Positions 45,261 through 55,699 of a stretch of DNA of 64,000 nucleotides are shown here, piece after piece. Both the position numbers and the translations under genes were made by a program. Origin of the DNA: a bacterium (lineage in GTDB: Bacteria > UBA8248); the NCBI GenBank assembly GCA_965207065.1, contig OZ242260.1:3072001-3136000 (forward strand), in the 5' to 3' direction. How positions within the stretch are numbered: the first letter of the stretch is position 1; each line of letters begins with the position of its first letter. A model generated the notes under the pieces. It was given only the letters and a program-made list of their open reading frames with translations, was not told the DNA's origin and ran no database searches.

Positions 45261-45371
45261 ACCAGTCTGCGCATATTGAATGAATAACTTGACATATCGG
45301 GATGAGATGGCTGGATGATATACATGACCCGGGTCTATTAATTTCTTCACAAGAAAGCGAGCATATCAGGC

Positions 45372-47414
45372 ATGACGAAATTCTCGACAGAGAAAGAGCG
45401 GTTCTCCGGCATGAGCATCTCCGAACAATCGATTCACACTATACGCACACTTTCGATGGATGCGGTGCAAGAGGCGAACAGTGGCCATCCGGGTACGCCA
45501 ATGGCTCTGGCGCCGCTGGCGTATGAGTTGTGGATGAACCACCTGCGCTATAATCCCCGAAATCCAGACTGGTTTGATCGGGACCGCTTCGTGCTTTCTT
45601 GTGGTCATGCCTCCATGCTTCTTTACGCGATTCTCCATCTGAGCGGCTATGAGCTTCCTCTCCATGAGATTGTCCGTTTTCGTCAATGGGGGAGCAAGAC
45701 GCCAGGGCATCCCGAATACGGGCTTACGCCGGGTGTCGAGACTACGACAGGCCCATTGGGACAGGGGTTCATGAATGCACTGGGCATGGCGATGGCGGAG
45801 GCGCATTTGGCGAGCGTTTTCAATCAGCCAGGCCACTCGGTAGTGGACCACCGTACGTACGTGTTCATGAGCGACGGCGATATCATGGAAGGCGCCTCCC
45901 ATGAAGCAGCATCCCTCGCTGGACATCTGGGTCTTGGTAAATTGATTTGTGTGTATGACGATAACCGCATCACCATCGATGGCGAAACGTCGTTAAGTTA
46001 TTCCGATGACGTAGTGAAGCGCTTCGAGGGGTACAACTGGCATGTACAAAATCTGGGTGATAAGGCGGAGGATTTAACCAAAATATCCAGTGTGCTCAAT
46101 CTGGCGAAGGCGGAGGCTGAGCGTCCGTCTTTGATCGTCGTTCGCTCGCACATTGGGTATGGCTCGCCTCGATATCAGGATACCGCGCGCGCGCATGGCG
46201 CTCCCTTGGGGCATGAAGAAATCGAGGCTACAAAAAGGAACTATGGCTGGCCTGAGAGTGAAACGTTTTTGGTGCCGGATGAGGTATCCACCCACATGGG
46301 AGAGGTGGTTTCCCGCGGCGCGGCGCTCGAAGAGGATTGGAATCGCCGTTTTGCGAAATATGAATCGGAGAATCCGGAACTGGCCGCGAAGTTTCAGGCA
46401 GCACTTGGAGGTGAGCCGCCAGCCGGTTGGGAGAAGCGTATTCCCCGGTTCCAGGCAGACGATGGGGCGCTCGCTACGCGGGCGGCATCTGGCAAAGTAT
46501 TGAATGAAATCGCCTCCGCCATCCCCTGGCTGATTGGCGGAAGCGCGGACTTGGCGGCTTCGAACAACTCGCTCATCAAAAAATCGGGAAATTTCGCCCG
46601 GGGAGACTACGTCAGTCGCAACATCAACTGGGGGATCAGGGAACACGTCATGGGGGCCGCCAGTTCGGGGATGGTCCTGCATGGAGGTGTTCGTCCGTAT
46701 GCGGCCACTTTTTTCACATTCACCGATTATGCCCGCCCGGCGATACGCCTGGCGGCGCTGATGGAATTGCCCGTCATTTATGTGATGACGCACGACTCTA
46801 TTGGCCTGGGCGAGGATGGCCCCACTCACCAGCCGGTTGAGCACCTCGCATCGCTTCGCGCCATGCCGGGCCTCACCATTATTCGTCCATGCGACGCGAA
46901 CGAAACCGCTGTCGCTTGGCGAGTGGCGATCGAGCGTCTCGAAGGGCCGACCATGCTCGTGTTGACTCGCCAGGGCTTGCCTGTTCTGGAGCGGTCGGAG
47001 AAAAACGGAGCGGAGGCGCTGGCGCGGGGAGCCTATGTCATCTCACCCGAGAGCGGGAATTCCCCCCAAGCCGTATTGATTGCGACTGGCTCGGAGGTGA
47101 TTCTCGCGATGGAGGCGCAAAGCGCGTTGGCGGTAGATGGAATCGATGCCCGGGTTGTGAGTATGCCGAGTTGGGAACTTTTTCGGGAACAATCTTCTTC
47201 CTATCAGGACTCCGTTCTTCCGGCGGGAGTCAATGCCAAAGTGGCGATTGAGGCGGGCGCCTCCATGGGCTGGCGCGAGTGGGTAGGAGATAGTGGCGCC
47301 GTGATTGGAATTGATCGTTTTGGGGCGAGCGCGCCGTACAAGGAGATTTACGCCCATTTCGGCCTCACGCCGGAGAACGTCGCCGCGCAGACGAAGCGCA
47401 TTCTCGGCGCGTGA
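45372..47414 (+). CDS. tkt: Transketolase
   Basis: [34 protein letters not shown] and GEDGPTHQP motifs; start may be 45411. Confidence 0.98.
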   Translation: MTKFSTEKERFSGMSISEQSIHTIRTLSMDAVQEANSGHPGTPMALAPLAYELWMNHLRYNPRNPDWFDRDRFVLSCGHASMLLYAILHLSGYELPLHEIVRFRQWGSKTPGHPEYGLTPGVETTTGPLGQGFMNALGMAMAEAHLASVFNQPGHSVVDHRTYVFMSDGDIMEGASHEAASLAGHLGLGKLICVYDDNRITIDGETSLSYSDDVVKRFEGYNWHVQNLGDKAEDLTKISSVLNLAKAEAERPSLIVVRSHIGYGSPRYQDTARAHGAPLGHEEIEATKRNYGWPESETFLVPDEVSTHMGEVVSRGAALEEDWNRRFAKYESENPELAAKFQAALGGEPPAGWEKRIPRFQADDGALATRAASGKVLNEIASAIPWLIGGSADLAASNNSLIKKSGNFARGDYVSRNINWGIREHVMGAASSGMVLHGGVRPYAATFFTFTDYARPAIRLAALMELPVIYVMTHDSIGLGEDGPTHQPVEHLASLRAMPGLTIIRPCDANETAVAWRVAIERLEGPTMLVLTRQGLPVLERSEKNGAEALARGAYVISPESGNSPQAVLIATGSEVILAMEAQSALAVDGIDARVVSMPSWELFREQSSSYQDSVLPAGVNAKVAIEAGASMGWREWVGDSGAVIGIDRFGASAPYKEIYAHFGLTPENVAAQTKRILGA

Positions 47415-48169
47415 TATCCACCCCCTGCCGCATGAGAAATATGCCGAATCCCTGAAATACCCGAAAACCAACAGATTATTCCCCTGTATTTGTGGCGAAA
47501 TCCCTTTCACCATCCTGAATGGACGCGAATTTATCCCGTAATTCCCCTTGAGACGCCGTCCGTATTTCCCCGCGGATGCCCGCATTTGCCGTTGCGCCGC
47601 TCCTCCCTGAGACGTGTATCCTCACGATTGTTTCCGGCGGCGGGGGAGTTGCGCCACCGCGCAGAGCAAAAAATTTATTGAAATACCTCGTGAATTTATC
47701 GGATTTTATTTGAATTTATCGAATTTTTCGGAAATTCCCCCGCTCGAATAGGGCGCGAATCGCTCCGGTTCAGGCATGAACACCCGGCTTCCTTGGAAAG
47801 CGCCGCCTTTTCCGATTCAGCCCACTCGTCCGGCCCGAGCCCGGATTCTCCGTAAATCGGACCGAAACCGTATATAGCGTTGGTATAAAAACAAGGAATT
47901 TATAACCAACAACATATGGCCTGCATCGCAGGTCGGCCCCTAGGATGAAGATAGCAAAATCCAAATAGGGGATTGACCACGATGATTCGCGTTCAAATCG
48001 CATCCACGCTGTGCCTGCCGGGTAGAGCCGTGCCCGTTCCGCTCTCTTTGGGCGACGGCGCCCAGGCAGACGACCGCGATGAATGTCGGCGCGGTTTTCG
48101 GAGCGGCTTCATCAGAATCCCGGTTGATTCATCCGGTCCTGGTTGATCACGATGCGCGGAGCAAAACCA

Positions 48170-51016
48170 ATGGCAAGAACAATTCTCTCTGAAATTTCAC
48201 TTTTGGCCATATTATTTTACTTCGTCTTGGCTTTCGGCGTAATGGACAAAGACGTCGCGTTCGCTGGTAAATGGGGAGACGAGTTTTCCAGCACCATCCA
48301 TTCCACCGACCATCCGGATCCGATAACAGGTATCTTCGGAGCCAAAAGAGAGACCAGTACAAAGGATAGTCTCCAAAGTATCATCGTTGCTTTTGGAGTT
48401 CAGGCCATGTCGGATGACGACGACGATGGTGACGATGACGACGGTGACAACGACAGCGATGACGATGACGACGATGAAAACAGGTCTATAGTCACAACTA
48501 CCAACAAGGAAAGCACCACGCCCATCAGTCAGCAAAGCACCACGTCCACCAGCACGCAAGATAGTGACGATGATGACGACGACAATGATGACAACGACAG
48601 CGATGATGACGACGATGATGGAAGCAGTTCGTCTACTTCGCCCACCAGCACGCAAGATAGTGACGATGATGACGACGACAATGATGACAACGACAGCGAT
48701 GATGACGACGATGATGGAAGCAGTTCGTCTACTTCGCCCACCAGCACGCAAGATAGTGACGATGATGACGACGACAATGATGACAACGACAACGATGATG
48801 ACGACGATGATGGAAGCAGTTCGTCCACTTCGTCCACCAGCACGCAAGATAGTGACGATGACGATGATGACGGCGATGACGACGACAACGACAGCGACGA
48901 CGATAACGACAATGATGACGATGATGATGGCAGAATCGGCAATTTGGTATCATCGGTTCGCAAAGGGTCCTTGTTGAAGGAAGTCAAGGCAAACCCGGCG
49001 CTGGCGAAGGGCGTTGCGGGGAACATCAAGCGGGCGGGGGGCGCGCGGCCTCTGGGGTCAACGCCCACGACCACGTCGGAGGAGACGAGCAGCACGACAC
49101 AATCGTCTTACCTCTCCGGCGGTCGCGCCTCGAAGACGAGCAGCACGACGCAATCGTCCTATATTTTCATCACGTCTTACCTCTCCGCCGATCCTGCCTC
49201 GAAGATGAGCAGCACGACGCAATCATCCTCTCTCTCCGGCGGTCGCGTCTCGGACCCCTCGTACTTCCTCGCCGAGCGTGACGCGAACGGGGACGTGCAG
49301 TTCACCTTCAAACGCAAAACCGGCTCCACAGTCTCGACCCTGAGCACGACGGATCTGGACGTATCGTCGAGAAGGGTGGACGATCTGGCGTCGGGCTGGA
49401 GTGGTGTCGAGACCCACAAGGATGCGACGAACGGCATTTTCAACTGGGACGCCTACGTCGACAGCCAGGGCAATGCGGACGCGGACTATCTCTCGCTGGG
49501 TACGTGGCTGTACATCTACAAGGACCCCGAAGACGGCAGCTTCACCGGATCGTACGATCTGGGCGTCGCCGCAGGTGGCAACGATCCCTTCGAGAACGAG
49601 AATCTCGCCGGACTTACGGGCGCGGCGACCTACAGCGGGCCCGCGACCGGTCTGTACATGATGAAGACGGATGCAGACGCGGATCCCGCATTCGATTACT
49701 TCGACGCGCGAGCGGATCTGGCGGTCGATTTTGGGGATGCGACTGCACTGGGAACCCTCTCGGGGTCGATTACGGGGGGCAGTACGGATGGAGGTGTGTC
49801 CCTGCCCGCGTTGACCCTGGGTTCCGCCGACATTACCGGTGCGGTCCTCGGGGGGAACTTCGATGGCGATACCAGCGGGGAGACGGTTGACGGCGTCACT
49901 CTCTCGGGCAAGTGGGGGGGTAAGTTCTTCGGAAACCGTGCCAGTTCGACGGGTCATCCCGGCTCAGTGGCGGGCACCTTCGGAGCTAACGCGGCGGACG
50001 GCCTCCAGAGCATCATCGGTGCCTTCGGGGCAAAACGTACACCTTCCCCGGTTCGCTACGGATCCTTGCTGAAGGAAGTCAATGAGAATCCGACCCTGGC
50101 TAGGGGTGCCGCAGTGCGCATCCTGAGGGCCGGGGGCGCGCGGCCTCTGGGGTATACGCCCGCCTCGGAGGAGATGAGCAGCACGACGCAATCATCCTCT
50201 CTCTCCGGCGGTCGCGCCTCGGACCCGTCGTACTTCCTCGCCGAGCGTGACGCGGACGGAGACCTGCAGTTCACCTTCAAGCGCAAAACCGGATCCACCG
50301 TCTCGACCTTGAGTACGACGGATCAGGACGTATCGTCGAGAGGGGTGGACGATCTGGCGTCGGGCTGGAGTGGTGTCGAGACCCACAGGGATGCGCCGGG
50401 CGGCATTTTCAACTGGGACGCCTACTCCGACAGCCAGGGAAATTCGGATGCGGACTATCTCTCGCTGGGTTCGTGGCTGTACATCTACAAGGACCCCGAA
50501 GACGAGAGTTTCACCGGCTCCTACGCCCTGGGCGTTGCGGCCGGCGGGAACGATCCTTTCGATAACGACAACCTCGCCGGGCTGACGGGCACGGCAAGCT
50601 ACAGGGGGCCTGCGACCGGCCTGCACATGATGAGGGCGGATACGAACGCGGACCCCGTATTCGACTATTTCGACGCGCGAGCGAATCTGAGTGTCGATTT
50701 TGGGGACGCGACCGCGCTGGGAACCGTCTCGGGGACGATAACCGGGGGCAGGACGGATAGAGGCGTGTCCCTGCCTGCGTTGACCCTGGATTCTGCGGAC
50801 ATCACCGGCAGCGCCCTCGGGGGGAACTTCGATGGCGACACCAGCGGCGTGACGGGCGATGGCAACGCGCTCTCGGGTAAATGGGGGGGTAAGTTCTTCG
50901 GAAACCGCGCCAATTCGGACGATCATCCCGGTTCGGTGGCGGGCGCCTTCGGGGCCAACACGGCGGACAACCTCCAGAGCATCATCGGCGCCTTCGGCGC
51001 CAAACGAACGCCGTAA
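48170..51016 (+). CDS. Secreted protein with poly-Asp/Ser-Thr repeat tract and two transferrin-binding-protein-like (TbpB/HphA-type) beta-barrel domains
   Basis: Signal peptide ending AFA; poly-D 48407-48928; duplicated domain with YLSLGxW, GxAxYxGPATG and GKWGGKFFG..PGSVAGxFGA...IGAFGA; fold inferred from motif pattern. Confidence 0.75.
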   Translation: MARTILSEISLLAILFYFVLAFGVMDKDVAFAGKWGDEFSSTIHSTDHPDPITGIFGAKRETSTKDSLQSIIVAFGVQAMSDDDDDGDDDDGDNDSDDDDDDENRSIVTTTNKESTTPISQQSTTSTSTQDSDDDDDDNDDNDSDDDDDDGSSSSTSPTSTQDSDDDDDDNDDNDSDDDDDDGSSSSTSPTSTQDSDDDDDDNDDNDNDDDDDDGSSSSTSSTSTQDSDDDDDDGDDDDNDSDDDNDNDDDDDGRIGNLVSSVRKGSLLKEVKANPALAKGVAGNIKRAGGARPLGSTPTTTSEETSSTTQSSYLSGGRASKTSSTTQSSYIFITSYLSADPASKMSSTTQSSSLSGGRVSDPSYFLAERDANGDVQFTFKRKTGSTVSTLSTTDLDVSSRRVDDLASGWSGVETHKDATNGIFNWDAYVDSQGNADADYLSLGTWLYIYKDPEDGSFTGSYDLGVAAGGNDPFENENLAGLTGAATYSGPATGLYMMKTDADADPAFDYFDARADLAVDFGDATALGTLSGSITGGSTDGGVSLPALTLGSADITGAVLGGNFDGDTSGETVDGVTLSGKWGGKFFGNRASSTGHPGSVAGTFGANAADGLQSIIGAFGAKRTPSPVRYGSLLKEVNENPTLARGAAVRILRAGGARPLGYTPASEEMSSTTQSSSLSGGRASDPSYFLAERDADGDLQFTFKRKTGSTVSTLSTTDQDVSSRGVDDLASGWSGVETHRDAPGGIFNWDAYSDSQGNSDADYLSLGSWLYIYKDPEDESFTGSYALGVAAGGNDPFDNDNLAGLTGTASYRGPATGLHMMRADTNADPVFDYFDARANLSVDFGDATALGTVSGTITGGRTDRGVSLPALTLDSADITGSALGGNFDGDTSGVTGDGNALSGKWGGKFFGNRANSDDHPGSVAGAFGANTADNLQSIIGAFGAKRTP
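48546..48860 (+). repeat. 96-bp coding tandem repeat (3 copies + partial)
   Basis: CCACCAGCACGCAAGATAGTGACGATGA starts at 48546, 48642, 48738 and 48834. Confidence 0.95.
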
Positions 51017-51078
51017 ATTCGGATGCTCCTTCAGGAGGCCGAGCAGAAAATCCCTGGAGCTTTGTTGAGGAACGCTGA

Positions 51079-52446
51079 ATGAGCGCCAGGAAAGTTGTCG
51101 GGCATTTGCGTGAAAGGCTTTCCGAACCGATTGACATCGCTTCGCTGGTAATGGTCCGGATTTTTTTCGGGCTGATCATGCTGTGGGAAGTCGCGCGGTA
51201 TTTCAAGAAGGGCTGGATTCATAAATACTGGATCGCGCCGGATTTCCATTTTCACTACTTCGGGTTTGACTGGGTCGCGCCCTGGCCCGGCGACGGAATG
51301 TATTGGCATTTCCTGGGACTGGGTTTTCTGGCCCTGCTCATCACCATCGGCTTGTTTTATCGCGTGGCCGCCGCACTTTTCTTCGTCGGTTTCAGCTATA
51401 TCTTCCTGCTCGAGCAGGCGCGCTACCTGAACCACTTCTATCTCGTGTGCCTGGTGAGCTTCCTGATGGCGATCATTCCGGCGGACCGGGCCGTGTCGCT
51501 GGACGCGAAGCTCGGCTTCTGCGAGGGAGCGGATACCGTCCCCGCTTGGAGCCTGTGGATTCTGCGCTTCCAGGTGGGCGTCGTCTATTTCTACGGCGGC
51601 ATCGCCAAGCTGAATGCAGACTGGCTGGCCGGGGAGCCGCTTAGAAGCTGGCTGCACAAACGCATGGATTTTCCGTTGATCGGCCCCCTTTTCGGGCAGG
51701 AGCCGGTCGTCATGCTCATGAACTACGGCGCTCTGTTCTTCGACCTGCTCATTGTGCCGCTCCTGATGTGGAGAAGAACCAGGGGCGTGGCGTTCGCTGG
51801 CGTGCTGTTTTTCAACCTCACCAACGCCGTCATCTTTCACATCGGCATTTTCCCCTGGTTCGCCATTGCCCTCTCCACGGTGTTCTTCGCTCCCGACTGG
51901 CCTAGGCGATATCTGATCCTAGAAGAAAATGAGGCGGCGACACCACCCGGCCCAAGCCTTTGTTCCCGCGTCTTGCTCGCATTCCTCGCGGTTTATGTGT
52001 GCTGGCAACTGTTGTTGCCTCTGAGGCACTGGCTCTATCCCGGGAATGTGAACTGGACCGAAGAGGGGCATCTCTACGCCTGGCACATGAAGCTTCGCAG
52101 CAAATCCGGGCGGGCGAGATTCATCGTCACCGACAATGCGGGAAACGAGTATAAAATATCCCCCACCCGCTACATCAAAAAGTGGCAGGCGAGGAAAATG
52201 GCCGCCAGGCCGGACATGATTCATCAATTCGCCTACTATCTGGGCGATCGGTTGCGGGCGGAAGGAATGAGGGTGTCCTCGATCCGAGTCGACGCCAGGG
52301 TATCCCTGAACGGCCGGAGGCGGCAGCGCTTGATCGCCCCGGACGTCAACCTCTTGAATGAGCCGCGCTCGATTTGGCCGAAACATTGGATCAATCCCCT
52401 GGAGGTGCCTCTTCATGAGCGTCGCCGGAAGGGGAGGAAAAAATGA
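51079..52446 (+). CDS. HTTM-domain / vitamin K-dependent gamma-carboxylase homologue
   Basis: FHFHYFGFDWV.P, YLNHFYL, VYFYGGIAKLNADWLAGEP, IGIFPW, NWTEEGHLYAWHMKLRSK, PDMIHQFA and SLNGR..QRLI.PDV motifs align with GGCX. Confidence 0.92.
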   Translation: MSARKVVGHLRERLSEPIDIASLVMVRIFFGLIMLWEVARYFKKGWIHKYWIAPDFHFHYFGFDWVAPWPGDGMYWHFLGLGFLALLITIGLFYRVAAALFFVGFSYIFLLEQARYLNHFYLVCLVSFLMAIIPADRAVSLDAKLGFCEGADTVPAWSLWILRFQVGVVYFYGGIAKLNADWLAGEPLRSWLHKRMDFPLIGPLFGQEPVVMLMNYGALFFDLLIVPLLMWRRTRGVAFAGVLFFNLTNAVIFHIGIFPWFAIALSTVFFAPDWPRRYLILEENEAATPPGPSLCSRVLLAFLAVYVCWQLLLPLRHWLYPGNVNWTEEGHLYAWHMKLRSKSGRARFIVTDNAGNEYKISPTRYIKKWQARKMAARPDMIHQFAYYLGDRLRAEGMRVSSIRVDARVSLNGRRRQRLIAPDVNLLNEPRSIWPKHWINPLEVPLHERRRKGRKK

Positions 52447-52648
52447 ATTCAGCCATGAATAGTTATAACCTTCAACAGGAGTCGGGATTGCTTCGCTCTC
52501 GTCGAAACGGTTCGGCCAGTTTGATCATTCCCATTACGGGTGGCGCTGGCTCAGTTCTCTTGATGAAATTCATGTTTCGTGGAAGTGAACGCTGGATTCG
52601 AAACGCTTTGGCAAGGAGAATTTGGATCTGGAACCGAAGGAGGCGGGC

Positions 52649-53083
52649 ATGACTTCACATAAGGCCGAACGCATTGAACCCGCCGATATATCCTCGCAGG
52701 ACGCTTTTCTTCTCTATGACGGCGAGTGCCCGTTTTGCAGCTTTTACGCGCGAAAATCGCGGTTCGAGACGCAAACGGGGCGGTCCTTGAAACTTATCGA
52801 CGCAAGCCGGGCGCCCGTGCTCGTCGATAAGCTGCGGCGCGAGGGATGCGACATCGAGGCGGGGATGATTCTCATCCTGGATGACCGGCGCTACCAGGGC
52901 GCGGCGGCGATGACCGCGCTCGAGGCGATGACGAGTGGAGACGACTGGTTTAACCGGCTCATGAGGTGGTTTTCTTCGAATCCACGACGCGCACGCATCC
53001 TCTACCCATGGCTCCGAATGCTGCGCCGTGCGGCCCTTTGGGTGAGGGGCAAAGGCAGGTTCACCATTTCCGGTCGGGACTGA
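52649..53083 (+). CDS. DCC1-like thiol-disulfide oxidoreductase (DUF393)
   Basis: LLYDGECPFC motif; AAGGAGG RBS. Confidence 0.88.
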   Translation: MTSHKAERIEPADISSQDAFLLYDGECPFCSFYARKSRFETQTGRSLKLIDASRAPVLVDKLRREGCDIEAGMILILDDRRYQGAAAMTALEAMTSGDDWFNRLMRWFSSNPRRARILYPWLRMLRRAALWVRGKGRFTISGRD

Positions 53084-53126
53084 TTCGCCTCAGTCGGGCT
53101 TCCCGAGGGGAAACCCCATAAAAGCA

Positions 53127-53268
53127 ACCCCCCCTACCCCCCCTTGTCAGGGGTCAAACGCGAGTGAGGAACGAGCGTTTGCATAAGCCATTGGCGGGAA
53201 ACGCATCGGTTTGCAATTCCTCCCTCCTCGGTCGGCATTGACCCCTGACAAGAGGGGGTAGGGGGGGT
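53127..53268. repeat. 31-bp inverted repeat (30/31), REP/MITE-like
   Basis: ACCCCCCCTACCCCCCCTTGTCAGGGGTCAA ... TTGACCCCTGACAAGAGGGGGTAGGGGGGGT. Confidence 0.85.
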
Positions 53269-53487
53269 GCTTCTGACGAGGACTCTTTCATCGGGCATTC
53301 CCCTCGGGATGCCCGACCCCACTAGCGGAAGTGAATTGCTCTCTCGCCGGATGGTAAAAACTCTCAAGAGGGGAGTCGTTTCATAAGAATATGTTGATTG
53401 GAGAAGTCCATTGCCAGACAGGAAGGCATTCCAACAACTCCCCAGGGGGCGTTGTTCTCTGGTTTCGGCATGCCCACCGACTCGGAA

Positions 53488-54021
53488 TTACTCTCGTCCG
53501 GCGGGGTGAACCACGTCGGACGAAGAGTCTTCCAGGACGGGAGCCAGCAGGTGATGGATGATCTCGGCGACGAATTCGCCGCGCCCGTGCACGCCGGCCT
53601 TTGCGTAGAGAGCAGTGGCTTGCAGCCGCGTGGTGTTTTCCTTCACTTGGCGCAGTTCGGCGATTTCGGCGAAGCGGTAACCTTTGATAATCATCCACGC
53701 AATTTCTCTTTCACTGGGAGTCAGTTTCCACCCATCCATCTGTACTTCGATGCCGGCGGCAAGCTCGCCTGCGAGCGCCTTGTTTCGGGTCCTCTCCCGT
53801 TGAAGGCGCGTTCGCAAGTCGGCGAGATCACGCAAACTGATAATAAGGACCACCAATACGAAGAGGAATACAATTGCTTCGATAATAAAATGCGTGGAGG
53901 CGAACTCCCCCTCCAAAGCTGCGTCGGTGATGAGGTCGTAAACCAGAAATAACGCAGCCGGAAGTAGGATGCCGATTCTGAGAATTACTTGTGAATTGTA
54001 ATTTTTTAGTATGCTTCTCAC
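53488..54021 (-). CDS. Membrane-anchored (2 TM) LuxR/CsgD-type HTH regulator
   Basis: Two hydrophobic helices, a coiled coil, then WKLTPSEREIAWMIIKGYRFAEIAELRQVKENTTR..ALYAKAGV. Confidence 0.85.
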   Translation of the reverse strand: MRSILKNYNSQVILRIGILLPAALFLVYDLITDAALEGEFASTHFIIEAIVFLFVLVVLIISLRDLADLRTRLQRERTRNKALAGELAAGIEVQMDGWKLTPSEREIAWMIIKGYRFAEIAELRQVKENTTRLQATALYAKAGVHGRGEFVAEIIHHLLAPVLEDSSSDVVHPAGRE

Positions 54022-54271
54022 ATCAGATTGTCCTGTTTGCGGACTTGACTTGCCCCGATTTTCGTTGTGTCGACAGATAAGAACTATATCAAAAGGATAA
54101 CTTTATTTCACAGCCGTTGAAAATGGATTGATTTATCGGAATTCACCCGCCCCCGGTGCGCGTCCGCGCCGACTCTCTTCTCTCGAATCGGGGTCGACGC
54201 TTTCATGTGGCGTTCTCCCGCCTCGTGGAGTAGAATTACTTCTTTATGCCGCACTGTCTGAGGAGTGAGAG

Positions 54272-55591
54272 ATGTCGAAAAAATATCGATTGTCCGGGTG
54301 GATGATATGGGCCGGCGCTCTGGCGCTGCTCGTCGCGGGGGTGGCGGTGGGCCCCGTCACGAATCCGGCGGCGAGCGAGACGAGCGCGTATTCGGAGCTG
54401 AGGGCCTTCAGCGAGGTCCTGAGCCTCGTCGAGGAGAACTACGTCAACAAGGTGGACGCCAAAAAACTGATTCGCGGCGCCATCCGCGGCATGCTTCGCA
54501 CGCTGGACCCCCATACGACTTATCTGAATCCCGAATTCTTCAAAGAGATGCAGGTGGAAACCACCGGCCGCTTCGGCGGTCTGGGGGTGGAGATTTCGAT
54601 CCGCGACGGCGTGCTGACGGTGGTGACGCCAATCGAGGATACCCCGGCGCACAAGGTCGGCGTGCAGGCGGGCGATCAAATCGTCTTCATCGAGAAAGAC
54701 CCGACGAAGGACATGCCGCTTCAGGAGGTCGTCAAGAAGCTTCGGGGCAAGCCCGGCACGAAGGTGAAGATCACCGTGAGGCGCAAAGATGTGAAAGAAC
54801 TGCTCGACTTCACCATCACGCGCCAGATCATCCGCATCAAGAGCGTGCGAAGCCGGATGCTGGCGGACGATATCGCCTATATACGGGTCCGCAGCTTCCA
54901 GAACGGCACGGGTCGGGAAGTCAAGGATGCGCTTTCCTCGCTCATGGGTGAGGGCGCCAGGGCCCTCGTGCTCGATTTGCGGAACAATCCCGGCGGTCTC
55001 CTCTCCCAGGCGGTTTCGGTGTCCGACGTTTTCCTGGAGGCGGGCAGCCTGATCGTCTACACCAAGGGCCGCATGACCGATCAGGAGCATCGCTTCACCT
55101 CCACGCACGAGGTGCCGGGCGGGAAGATTCCCATGGCGGTGCTCGTGAACGCGGGCAGCGCGAGTGCTTCGGAGATTGTGGCGGGCGCGCTCCAGGATCT
55201 GGGAAGGGCCAAGCTCATCGGCGTCAAGACGTTCGGTAAGGGCTCGGTGCAGACCGTCGTTCCGCTCTCGGACGGCTCGGGGCTCAGGCTGACCACAGCG
55301 CTTTATTTCACGCCCAAGGGAAGGCGCATCCAGGGCGAGGGAATCGAACCCGACATCGTCAGCGAGGTGGAGAGAAGCACCGGCGTCGCGCGCATGATGC
55401 GCGAGAAGGACCTGCCGGGGCATCTGCCGAGTGATGCGGAGAAAAAAGGGGAGGGCAAAGAAGACGCTCCGGGCGGTGAGCAAGCCGGCCAGTCTCAAAC
55501 CCCCGCCGAAGAAGAGAGAAAAGACACGCAACTCGAGCGCGCCGTCAAATACCTCAAGGATTCATTCTTGAGCAAGAAGATGGGCGCCTGA
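54272..55591 (+). CDS. ctpA: C-terminal processing protease (S41)
   Basis: LDPHT, GRFGGLG (PDZ), LDLRNNPGG, SASASEI and TFGKGSVQ motifs. Confidence 0.95.
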   Translation: MSKKYRLSGWMIWAGALALLVAGVAVGPVTNPAASETSAYSELRAFSEVLSLVEENYVNKVDAKKLIRGAIRGMLRTLDPHTTYLNPEFFKEMQVETTGRFGGLGVEISIRDGVLTVVTPIEDTPAHKVGVQAGDQIVFIEKDPTKDMPLQEVVKKLRGKPGTKVKITVRRKDVKELLDFTITRQIIRIKSVRSRMLADDIAYIRVRSFQNGTGREVKDALSSLMGEGARALVLDLRNNPGGLLSQAVSVSDVFLEAGSLIVYTKGRMTDQEHRFTSTHEVPGGKIPMAVLVNAGSASASEIVAGALQDLGRAKLIGVKTFGKGSVQTVVPLSDGSGLRLTTALYFTPKGRRIQGEGIEPDIVSEVERSTGVARMMREKDLPGHLPSDAEKKGEGKEDAPGGEQAGQSQTPAEEERKDTQLERAVKYLKDSFLSKKMGA

Positions 55592-55699
55592 TCGGCCACA
55601 TGCGGGCACGGCATCGCCATCTTGGATTCACACTGTAGCCGGCCAGGTTCCTGCGCCTGTCTTCACGAAAAGAGTTTTCTGTCGGGCTCCCCCAAACGA

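Noticed and set aside
48546-48860. CRISPR-like periodicity
   Set aside because: Contiguous in-frame 96-bp units without unique spacers; no cas genes
48529-49095. Poly-Ser, poly-Ile/Val and poly-Met/Thr ORFs in other frames
   Set aside because: By-products of the GAY-codon repeat; only the 48170 frame has a signal peptide and folded domains
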